Source: Candidatus Heimdallarchaeota archaeon
GTDB lineage: Archaea > Asgardarchaeota > Heimdallarchaeia > JABLTI01
Assembly: GCA_030614005.1 (NCBI GenBank)
Contig: JAUWKS010000014.1
Span: forward strand, 30,001 to 62,000
DNA: 32,000 nucleotides
Direction: 5' to 3'
Shown: one piece after another, positions 1 to 8,548 of the stretch
Layout of the letters: each line of letters begins with the position of its first letter
Numbering within the stretch: the first letter of the stretch is position 1
The notes under the pieces: generated by a model
Told to the model about the DNA's origin: nothing
What the model saw: only the letters and a program-made list of their open reading frames with translations
Database searches by the model: none
Made by a program: the position numbers and the translations under genes

Positions 1-2
1 AA

Positions 3-389
3 CTCAAATCTACTGATGCAGAAAATAAAGAAAAAGTCAAAGATTTAGAACATCGTCTATCTCAAAAAGAGCTTGAAATTACTCGGTTAGAGGGTTCTGT
101 TGAAGATTTGAGTATTGCAAAGAAGAAAATTGAAGATCTTCAAAAAGAATATAAAAAACTAGAAGAGGAAATGAGATCATTTAACAAACTCTCTGAAAAT
201 GAACCTCGATTTATAATTCTAAAGGATCTTGATGAATTTGGCGAAATGCGAATGAATCAAGTTGCTATGAAAGCAGGTGTTGCTCCAGCACAAGCGAAAA
301 AATGGCTTGAAGAACTTGAGCGTGCAGGTTTAGTTGAAATTCATGGCGAAGGTCGAGACAGCAATCCTCTCGTATCTAAAAAGAAATAA
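3..389 (+). CDS. Coiled-coil protein with C-terminal winged helix-turn-helix (5' partial)
   Basis: The frame is open from position 3 (LKSTDAENKEKVKDLEHRLSQKELEITRLEGSVEDLSIAKK...), upstream of the ORF-track start at 108. An E/K-rich heptad-like region is followed by a wHTH-like segment (MRMNQVAMKAGVAPAQAKKWLEELERAGLVEI). Confidence 0.7.
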   Translation, partial: LKSTDAENKEKVKDLEHRLSQKELEITRLEGSVEDLSIAKKKIEDLQKEYKKLEEEMRSFNKLSENEPRFIILKDLDEFGEMRMNQVAMKAGVAPAQAKKWLEELERAGLVEIHGEGRDSNPLVSKKK

Positions 390-601
390 TCTAATCTAAA
401 CTAGAATCTTATTTCTAGTTAATTTCCTTCTTTTTTCTATTTTTAACTTGAAAATAGCTTTTTCTTAAGTTATTCAATTTTTTTTGAACGTTAAATAATC
501 AGATAAAAGCAATTATTAAGTAGTAATCTTATAATAATCTGTTACTATAATTTAACAAATAGAATTTGAAAGAACCAAATTTGGAGGCAATTCTTTCTTA
601 G

Positions 602-2932
602 ATGAACCCCTTACTTATTTCAAGGAAAAAAGTGATTACTATCACTTCAATTATTATTATATTTCTTACTGGACAAGTTGTCGGAGCCTCCGTTAATCAA
701 AGTAATGCCTTAAACTATAATGATTATAATTTCTCAGATGAGGATTTAATCAAGCAAATTAAAATAGCAACTACATCACTTACTTCACTTTATAATAAAA
801 AGGAAGGACTTTTTGTTTGGAATGTGCAGGATCCATATAATCTTTCTAGATTTGGCGATTTAAGTGATTTAACTAATGGTCAGGAATGCTTTGAAGTTTT
901 AGATGGTCAATTATGGCTTGATGGTTTAGCACAAGATGTATCATTACAATATCTTTTATTGAAGAATTATGTTTCGACCTCTTTGCAATTTGTTGGTTCA
1001 ATGGATGAACATAGGCAATTCAATCGCGAATGGGTTTTCATGACATATGAAATTATTCATTCTCTGTATACTAATGTGGCCAATAGTGATTTCTTATTAA
1101 GCGTTTTAAATGCTCTATCTTCCAATAATGATACATTCGGAGAATTTTGGAATGTATTAATTCGTCCAAAATACAATTCTTTTATTCAAGAAGAAATTTC
1201 TCTATTATGTGATACACTTGTTTTAGGCTCAAAGATTCTTCGAGCAGCTGAATTTATGCCTTACTTTAATTTTTATGAAAAATCTATTCTACTTATATTA
1301 TCTGATCAGATAAGTGATTGGTGGCAAGCTATCAATAAATATGCTCTATATGATCCCGATTTTGCTATTGCAGGTATAGGTTCATCAAAAATTCATAACG
1401 ATTATCGTGGATGGATTGATTGGCGGATATTCAAACAATTAGCTAATAATGGTACTTTTACAACAACAGCTGTTTTTACTCCTGAACATGCAAGCTTACA
1501 GACACTTATTTTTACTTCTCCTCAAATCGCTAATTTATACCTCGAACAAATTGAGAAAGCAAATGCAAAGTATTCCTATGGTTGGAATGCAGAACACCAT
1601 TATTATGATGAAATATCTGATCCCTTAGCTAATGAAATCTATAATGAAATAATAAACTCCTATAATGAACATATTTTCTATGTACGCAATCATGTAATCT
1701 ATGTCTTTAATCCTCAATATAGTGTTAGTTGGTCTCCGTTACCTGAAAGGTTTCAAGGATATTCATATTATTGGGATGATTATTTTGTTGACTCTCAAGG
1801 TTCAGAAAATGACCTGTACGCATATCGTATCGATAACTCTCCTCTAAAAATTACTGGTACACGAACCTATCAAGGTGCAGGCGATATTAGAGGTTTAATG
1901 GATGTTTATAACGTAATTTCCCATTCATTTACTGATGATGATTTTTTGCAAGGTTTTGAAAAAGAAGCTTTCAGAATTTTGGAACAAATATTAAAAGCTC
2001 AAAGAAGTGATTCCGCATTTGTTTTCAGTCCATATTTTGGTACTGCTCTGGATGAAAGTGTAGTTCGTAATCCTTTAATAAATGATGCTCAACTCATCTC
2101 CCCAGAAATTTTACCAGAAGGTCTTGACCAATTTACTGGTACAATGTCTGTTATGGAATTTTTACTTAAAGCACAATCCGAATTGGCTATTTTTGGTACA
2201 GAAAAAATGAACTATTTGAATGAACAAGTACAAAGTACAATTCTATCTATTACTGATTTATTCGAGTTAATGACTCACAAATCTACTATGGGTATCCCCA
2301 AGCAAACAATTCTTGGAAACACTAATCCACAAGAACATGAAACTTTCTATTATAGTGCAGAAAATATTGTTGTTTCCGTCAACTTTTTTGATGCAACCTC
2401 AAATGAAATTTTATTACCTGATTGGATTACCAATTATAATCCTTTTACATTCCTAGGAACTACCTTTATTTATCAGTGGGATTACCTTACTTTACTTAAA
2501 GACGCATTCCTAAAATTGAATGATCCTACCATTGTTGCTCCATTATTTGATTCACTAATGCTTTTCAATGAGGATTTCTTACAAGATGACCAGTATCAAC
2601 TTCTATCAATTTGTGAAGTTAAGGATGCAGTTGCTCGAACACTCTTCACTGAAGCGCTAACTGATAACAGTATAATCTTGAGTGATAAAACAGGCATTTA
2701 TGGCAATGCAATTCCATATAAATATCGTTCTGAAACTTCTTCTATAACTTATGCATTTGCATCAGAAACACCACAACGTGTGTCTGCTTTAATTTTATCA
2801 ATTCTGCCCCTCCTTTCTGACATTATTGATGTTATATCAAATCCAATTAATCAAATAGTCATTTTTGGATTTGTTAGTGGAGTAGTAATGACAGTTGCAG
2901 TTGTCTACATCCGGCGACCAAAACATCAGTAA
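602..2932 (+). CDS. Large secreted, C-terminally membrane-anchored hypothetical protein (776 aa)
   Basis: Basic plus hydrophobic N-terminal signal (RKKVITITSIIIIFLTGQVVGA), several NxS/T sequons (NQS, NFS, NLS, NDT, NGT), and a C-terminal TM helix (IVIFGFVSGVVMTVAVVYI) followed by RRPK. No family recognised. Confidence 0.75.
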   Translation: MNPLLISRKKVITITSIIIIFLTGQVVGASVNQSNALNYNDYNFSDEDLIKQIKIATTSLTSLYNKKEGLFVWNVQDPYNLSRFGDLSDLTNGQECFEVLDGQLWLDGLAQDVSLQYLLLKNYVSTSLQFVGSMDEHRQFNREWVFMTYEIIHSLYTNVANSDFLLSVLNALSSNNDTFGEFWNVLIRPKYNSFIQEEISLLCDTLVLGSKILRAAEFMPYFNFYEKSILLILSDQISDWWQAINKYALYDPDFAIAGIGSSKIHNDYRGWIDWRIFKQLANNGTFTTTAVFTPEHASLQTLIFTSPQIANLYLEQIEKANAKYSYGWNAEHHYYDEISDPLANEIYNEIINSYNEHIFYVRNHVIYVFNPQYSVSWSPLPERFQGYSYYWDDYFVDSQGSENDLYAYRIDNSPLKITGTRTYQGAGDIRGLMDVYNVISHSFTDDDFLQGFEKEAFRILEQILKAQRSDSAFVFSPYFGTALDESVVRNPLINDAQLISPEILPEGLDQFTGTMSVMEFLLKAQSELAIFGTEKMNYLNEQVQSTILSITDLFELMTHKSTMGIPKQTILGNTNPQEHETFYYSAENIVVSVNFFDATSNEILLPDWITNYNPFTFLGTTFIYQWDYLTLLKDAFLKLNDPTIVAPLFDSLMLFNEDFLQDDQYQLLSICEVKDAVARTLFTEALTDNSIILSDKTGIYGNAIPYKYRSETSSITYAFASETPQRVSALILSILPLLSDIIDVISNPINQIVIFGFVSGVVMTVAVVYIRRPKHQ

Positions 2933-3065
2933 AATGATCAAATTACTGGTAAAAATAATTTTTTTCTTCATTATTTTGCTTTATATTATATGACCTAAAA
3001 TTTATAAACAATATCAACCTTATTAGTTTAATAGTGTCTACTTATTGTGCTAGGAGCAGGGTCAA

Positions 3066-3596
3066 TTGCAATCATTCCAAAATGAGATAAATAATTTTCT
3101 AAAAAATATCACCGAAGCTCGTAAATCGTCTTCAATAGATTTACTAAGACTAGATGATACTACATTAGCAGTTGTCGGATTACAATCTATTAAAATTCTA
3201 ACTGATACTCAAAAAGAGATGATTGAATTATTGATAGATAACCCAAGATCAGGAGCACAACTTGCTAAATTGACTGAGAAGTCTCCACAATTTATTTCGA
3301 AAATAATGAAGACTTTGATCAAATATCAACTTGTAGATCACATTCCAGCACCCTTTGGTCCTTCAAAATTCTATACCTTGAAAGCAAAAATCCTAGGGAA
3401 GGATGAAATTGGAGTAATGAAGACTAAAGTAATCCCCTCTGAACTTAAAGATGAAATTGAACGCAGAGGAGTATTTGGAAATTTAATGTCACTATCATTT
3501 CATGAAATATTAGATATGATTAGGGAACTTGACGAAAGCGAAAAACAAAAAGTCCTCGACTTTATAATAGACTATACTCAAGTCGAGGAGGATTAA
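3066..3596 (+). CDS. Winged-HTH transcriptional regulator (ArsR/MarR/TrmB-like)
   Basis: LTDTQKEMIELLIDNPRSGAQLAKLTEKSPQFISKIMKTLIKYQLV...KFYTL fits a wHTH pattern. TTG start after AGGAG. Confidence 0.7.
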   Translation: MQSFQNEINNFLKNITEARKSSSIDLLRLDDTTLAVVGLQSIKILTDTQKEMIELLIDNPRSGAQLAKLTEKSPQFISKIMKTLIKYQLVDHIPAPFGPSKFYTLKAKILGKDEIGVMKTKVIPSELKDEIERRGVFGNLMSLSFHEILDMIRELDESEKQKVLDFIIDYTQVEED

Positions 3597-3599
3597 TCG

Positions 3600-4385
3600 C
3601 TGAACGACAAACAACCTAAATCGGCCAAAAAACCAGTCTTCACAAAAATTGTGAAGGAATCACTAAAATCGATCATCTTAAGCGGCGAGAGCCAACTTGA
3701 TAAGTTCGTTTCTCACCGCGTCCTATATTTTTTAGGTTTTCTAACAGGTTGGGATACTAGAATTTTTTCCTTAGAATTGTTGCCAATAGGTTATTTTCTA
3801 ATTTGGTCAATTGTTCTTTTTGCTCTTAATGAAATTCCTTTTGCCTTAGTTTTTCTAATTTCTGGAATTATAATATTCATCTATTTTATCTTGCTTCATA
3901 CCGTTATTTCATCTTGGGATAGAATTAAACACTGGCTTATTCGCAGAGCTCAAAAAAGAGGTGGGGTTAAAAATTTGACCTTGGATGACATCAAATATTT
4001 GTTGATATACACACGAAAAGTATTTGGTGTTAAAACTGAAGTCTCCTCCAAAAACGACAAACCATTTCATTCGGAAAATCTTCGAAAAATGTTGTTACAT
4101 CACAAAAATTGGCAAAAAGTGTTAACTGCATTAGTTTTTTTTGCTCTTATTATTTTGACTGGTTTGGGGATTTATGGTGTGATCATCAATGCAAATATTT
4201 TAGATTGGTTGAAAGATTGGTGGTATTTTATTCCTGCACTTTTTTCAATTATTCTTGTAGGTATTATTGGATTGGTTATTTCAAAGGCTAAAATCCGGGT
4301 TATAATAAATAACATCCCTACGGATAAATTTGATGAGGTTTTAAGAATCTTGAACGACTTTGAAGTTTTTGGGGGGAAAAAATAA
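3600..4385 (+). CDS. Polytopic membrane protein, hypothetical
   Basis: Four to five hydrophobic helices. The ORF track starts at GTG 3651, but the frame is open back to CTG 3600, which lies 8 nt after GAGGAGG (3585-3591), so the start is uncertain. Confidence 0.7.
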   Translation: MNDKQPKSAKKPVFTKIVKESLKSIILSGESQLDKFVSHRVLYFLGFLTGWDTRIFSLELLPIGYFLIWSIVLFALNEIPFALVFLISGIIIFIYFILLHTVISSWDRIKHWLIRRAQKRGGVKNLTLDDIKYLLIYTRKVFGVKTEVSSKNDKPFHSENLRKMLLHHKNWQKVLTALVFFALIILTGLGIYGVIINANILDWLKDWWYFIPALFSIILVGIIGLVISKAKIRVIINNIPTDKFDEVLRILNDFEVFGGKK

Positions 4386-4403
4386 GAAAAGAGATTATTC
4401 CAG

Positions 4404-4853
4404 TTATTCTTTCTTCTTTTTCCACTCAACCATATCTTCAATTGTTGTAAATCCCTTTTTTTGAGTTAATTGTGTTAAGACCAAATTCACTCTTGCTCTA
4501 TCTAAATTTTCAAAGAAATTCTTACTCTTTGTTTCCGAATAGAATTCAAATAAAGGCATTATTGCTCTCTCATCACCAAACTGTCCTAGAGCTATGGCAG
4601 CATTTCTTCTAGTTTCAACATCAGAATCAGTTTCAATTGCTCTATTCAATGCTTCAATTGCATCTTCATCTTCAATTCTTCCTAATGCTACTGCTGCCCG
4701 TCGTCGAACGCTTCTCTCGGAATCATTTAATAGAACTTCTTCAAGCTGTTTCACAGTATTAGCATCTTGAGCTAATGCTAGATTATCAACCGCTTTCTCT
4801 CGAACAGCTTTCTTTTTACTCTTAAGATTCGCTAATATTTTTTTCAGGTCCAT
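4404..4853 (-). CDS. HEAT-repeat (PBS lyase HEAT-like) protein
   Basis: Repeated VRxxAxxALGxIxD units: VREKAVDNLA, VRRRAAVALGRIED, TRRNAAIALGQFGD. Confidence 0.85.
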   Translation of the reverse strand: MDLKKILANLKSKKKAVREKAVDNLALAQDANTVKQLEEVLLNDSERSVRRRAAVALGRIEDEDAIEALNRAIETDSDVETRRNAAIALGQFGDERAIMPLFEFYSETKSKNFFENLDRARVNLVLTQLTQKKGFTTIEDMVEWKKKKE

Positions 4854-4879
4854 AATTTTGACTTCCTGCTTCTATACAA

Positions 4880-5629
4880 TTAAATAGGATCTCCGTGTAG
4901 TTTTCTCTGTTCTAAGTGATGAACCCAGTCAGTAATTATTTGTAACAATTCTCGCGGATTATCAATAATATGATCGGCATCCAAATCATCCGTTGTAGAA
5001 AAACCCCAAGTTACACCTATCGTCCTAAGATTATTTCTTTTTCCTAGATAAATATCAAATTGTGTGTCTCCAACGAAAATTCCATTTGTAATTTGTTCGT
5101 TTTTTAGAAATAAATTAAAGCTCTCTTCTTTATTTTTGTAATCGGTAATTACGGTATCAAAAACATTGGGTATTCCAAAATGAGTCAGTATTTTTTCTCG
5201 TTCTTCGGGTTCGTTAAGCTCAATTTCGTGTGTCACAATAGCCATTTTAATTTTAGCCATTTTTTTTATTTTCAATAGAATTTCTGGAATGCCTGGAAAA
5301 GCCTTGACATTTTTCTTAAATTCATCTTGACGATACTTTTCGAAAGTTTTTCGACCACCAAAAACAAATTTTAATGGATTTAATTTGTACTTGAACATTA
5401 ACTTAATTTTATTTGAAGAAGGAAAGTCTCTAATCAAGTTTTTTACTTGTTGCTGGGGGAAATCTCTTCCTAAAAACCTCGAATAAGCATTTGATAATGC
5501 GTTGACAGTGTCTACTAATGTTCCTGAATAGTCAAAAAATATCCAAGGTGTTTCATTTAAATTTGTGATATGGGATTTTTTTTCTATTTCATCCAATTTT
5601 ATTATTTTTTGCTTATTTTTAACAGACAA
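4880..5629 (-). CDS. HAD-superfamily hydrolase (phosphoglycolate phosphatase-like)
   Basis: Motif I FFDYSGTLVD, motif II IVT, motif IV FVGDTQFD, and C-terminal GVTWGF...ADHIIDNPRELL. Confidence 0.85.
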   Translation of the reverse strand: MSVKNKQKIIKLDEIEKKSHITNLNETPWIFFDYSGTLVDTVNALSNAYSRFLGRDFPQQQVKNLIRDFPSSNKIKLMFKYKLNPLKFVFGGRKTFEKYRQDEFKKNVKAFPGIPEILLKIKKMAKIKMAIVTHEIELNEPEEREKILTHFGIPNVFDTVITDYKNKEESFNLFLKNEQITNGIFVGDTQFDIYLGKRNNLRTIGVTWGFSTTDDLDADHIIDNPRELLQIITDWVHHLEQRKLHGDPI

Positions 5630-5784
5630 ACTCCATCACCATTAGTTCTTCTTTTTTCAATAGATAAAAAACAGCTTAATTGTAGTTCAAATAAACTTTC
5701 GCTTAATGCTATTTTTTCTATACAATATAGAATAATTGATACTAACTTTTAGTAGTTTATAAAGAAAATACACCGTGGGATAAT

Positions 5785-7155
5785 TTGAGAAAAAAGACGA
5801 GTGTGAATATTTTGGTTATTAAGAAAAATGAAAATACTGACATAGAGCAATTTACTGCTAAACATGCTAAAAAATATGGCATTCCAAAAGTTGCACTTAA
5901 AGCCTTGAAGGATTTCGGGATTTTTGATGCACGTGTACTTAGTGTCCTAACAGAAACGGAAATTGCTGCCATCCCAAATATTAGTGAGAAAACTGCTTTA
6001 GCATTAGTGCGAGCAGCAGATGATAGTTTTAGAGGGCCACTTTTTCAGAAAGCTTCCGAGCAATCTGAAAGATTCCTCAATAAACGAAAATATTTCACTA
6101 CTGGTTCAGAAGTATTTGATGAACTCTTAGGTGGCGGTATGCCAACAAGTGCCATAATTGAAATTAATGGTGAGTATCGTACTGGAAAAACTCAAACATG
6201 CCTTACATGTGCAGTTACTGCTCAACTTCCAGAAGATAAGAATGGTTTAGGAAGACCAGTTATCTATATTGATACTGAGAATTCATTTCAAGCTACCCAT
6301 CTCCAAGATATTGGTAAAAGATTTGGATTTGAACCAGAAGAATTATTGAATAATATTTTTGTTGTGCAAGCAGAACAATTACGATATCTCGATCAAGCTA
6401 TTGATAGATTGCCAGGTTATGTTCAAGCTTTGGATCCTGGATTAATAATAATTGATTCACTTATGGCTCCTTTCAGAAATGAGTTTCATCAACTAAATCT
6501 CCTCGCTGTACGACAGAAGAAAATTGGAAAACTCATTGGTTTACTGAAGAGAATAGCTATTGCCTTTAATACAACAGTTATTTTCACCAATCAAGTTTTG
6601 GCTAATATTGGTCCTTCTGCAGCTTACATTCCTGTAAAAGCTACTGGTGGTCATGTTATTGCTCACGCATCCGATATCCGAATTTTCATGAGGAAATCTA
6701 AAGGCACTCTAAGAAAAGCAAAAATCGATGATTGTGCTTGGTTGCCATCTGAACAAGTGGAATTTTACATCACTAATGCTGGAATTTCTGATGAGGAAAC
6801 CATCATATTAGATGGATCAAAGAAAAAAGTTGCCGCAACAGAGGATATTGAACCAGAAGAGAAGATTGAAACTCCATTACTTGCGGGTATAAAGGAAGTT
6901 GCTGAACAGAAGAAAGCCCAAACAAAAACCAAGAAAAAAGAGAAAACAATTGAAAAAGAAGCAGCTGTTAAAGAGGATCTAAAGGAGGAACAAAAAGAAG
7001 AAATCTTAGAGCATTCTCTATCTGATTTAGCTGTTGATATGATTGAGCTTGAGGAAATGGAACCCCAACCTGAAGAAAAGTCAAAACCAAAATCAAAAAC
7101 CAAATCTAAAGCTAAACCTTCCTCTGCAGCAAAAAAGTCAAAAGTCCCTGCATAG
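5785..7155 (+). CDS. radA: RadA/Rad51-family recombinase (divergent paralog) with long charged C-terminal tail
   Basis: N-terminal HhH domain, FxxA motif (FQKA), Walker A GEYRTGKTQ, YIDTE catalytic Glu, Walker B IIIDS, TNQV and GGHVIAHAS. A 120-aa extension follows the normal ...GISD end. Orthology to the main radA is not certain. Confidence 0.85.
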   Translation: MRKKTSVNILVIKKNENTDIEQFTAKHAKKYGIPKVALKALKDFGIFDARVLSVLTETEIAAIPNISEKTALALVRAADDSFRGPLFQKASEQSERFLNKRKYFTTGSEVFDELLGGGMPTSAIIEINGEYRTGKTQTCLTCAVTAQLPEDKNGLGRPVIYIDTENSFQATHLQDIGKRFGFEPEELLNNIFVVQAEQLRYLDQAIDRLPGYVQALDPGLIIIDSLMAPFRNEFHQLNLLAVRQKKIGKLIGLLKRIAIAFNTTVIFTNQVLANIGPSAAYIPVKATGGHVIAHASDIRIFMRKSKGTLRKAKIDDCAWLPSEQVEFYITNAGISDEETIILDGSKKKVAATEDIEPEEKIETPLLAGIKEVAEQKKAQTKTKKKEKTIEKEAAVKEDLKEEQKEEILEHSLSDLAVDMIELEEMEPQPEEKSKPKSKTKSKAKPSSAAKKSKVPA

Positions 7156-7217
7156 AAAAATCTGCGGAAATAAAACAATTTCAAATTTCACCCAATGAAA
7201 TCTCTCGAGAGTTGCCT

Positions 7218-8531
7218 ATGATAAGCGATGATAAACAGCAGAGCTACTCTGCTGGATCTCTTGGTTCAATGCGAAATATTCTCTTAATTTCTTTTGGAGC
7301 TTTCATTTGGTCAATTTATCTTTCCATTCAAGGACAATTTCTGAATGATTACATTGCTGATATGGTTACTTATACTCCATTGAAAATTTCTTTAATGGTA
7401 AGCTTAGTTGCAATGACTGGAGCATTTGCCAGCATAATTTTTGGTGCAATTAGTGATAACCTTAGAATAAAATTTGGAAGAAGAAAACCATTCATAATTA
7501 TCGGAGGAGTTTTTTCTGCAATATTCTTCTTTCTCCTGCCTTTTCCAAATGCAGTCGCAGCGATTATTGCAATCAATGTTGTAATGAGTTTATTCAATAA
7601 TGCAGCTTTTGTTTGTAACAATTCATTTATACCTGACACTACATCAAAGAAAAAACTTGGAAAAGTAAATTCTTTCGCAGCTTTGGGCACGTCTATTGGA
7701 ACTGTTGTTGGCTTTGCTATAATGATGATAAATTCAACCAACACTCTTTTCTTCGTTTCTGGGGCGATATGCTCTCTTGGTTTTCTAATTGTAGGAATAT
7801 TTATTCAAGAACCAATTAATCAATCAGAACCGAAGAAATGGTATGAATCTATCAAAGAAACATTTCATCCTAGAAGTTTGAAAAATGAAAAAGGATTCTT
7901 CAATTTCTTGATAAGTCACTTTCTATTACACACCGGAATTAACGTTTACATTCCTTTCCTTCTTATATTTCTCACACAACAAAATAATCCCTCAAGTGGA
8001 GAACTCATAGGATTAGGACTATCCATTGAAAGTGGTGAAGTTCTTGTGATATTTGCTGTAATGACTGTTGTTTCATTATTAGCTACAATTCCTATTGGAA
8101 TTTTCTCTGACCGAATTGATACAAGTTTATTTTTATTGATCTCTCGAGTAGTTTTTGCAATTACTACAATACTCTTGGCTTTGACCCCCTTAATTCGCAC
8201 ACTTAATCCTTTGTTTGTTGGAGTTTTGTTTATAATCCCTTATGGTATTGCTAATACTGCTGATATAATCTCTAGAGGAGCATTGATGCATAAATTAGCT
8301 CCTAAGGAGAAGCGAGGGCAATTTTTAGGTTTAACAGTTTTTGTTAAAATTTTGGCTCAGATTCCCGGTGTAATCATAGGCGGTTTATTAGCTCAATTTT
8401 TACAAGGAGGATACCAATTTGCCTTTGTTTTTGGAGGAGTTATCGTTCTTCTTTCTTTGCCTTTTATTTCATTTACAAAAATACGAACTCCGTTAATTCA
8501 AGAAACAACAGAAAAATCTCTCTCAAATTAA
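7218..8531 (+). CDS. MFS transporter (GPH/SLC45-like sugar-cation symporter)
   Basis: About 12 TM segments with GAISDNLRIKFGRRKPFII (motif A plus GRRKPF) and GIFSDRI in the second half. ATG 7218 is preferred over TTG 7212. Confidence 0.85.
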   Translation: MISDDKQQSYSAGSLGSMRNILLISFGAFIWSIYLSIQGQFLNDYIADMVTYTPLKISLMVSLVAMTGAFASIIFGAISDNLRIKFGRRKPFIIIGGVFSAIFFFLLPFPNAVAAIIAINVVMSLFNNAAFVCNNSFIPDTTSKKKLGKVNSFAALGTSIGTVVGFAIMMINSTNTLFFVSGAICSLGFLIVGIFIQEPINQSEPKKWYESIKETFHPRSLKNEKGFFNFLISHFLLHTGINVYIPFLLIFLTQQNNPSSGELIGLGLSIESGEVLVIFAVMTVVSLLATIPIGIFSDRIDTSLFLLISRVVFAITTILLALTPLIRTLNPLFVGVLFIIPYGIANTADIISRGALMHKLAPKEKRGQFLGLTVFVKILAQIPGVIIGGLLAQFLQGGYQFAFVFGGVIVLLSLPFISFTKIRTPLIQETTEKSLSN

Positions 8532-8548
8532 GTAGACTAATTATTTTA

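Noticed and set aside
3-389. ESCRT/CdvB identity for the coiled-coil plus wHTH fragment
   Set aside because: Only the C-terminal part is visible and the architecture is generic; no Snf7 core or MIM motif can be shown.
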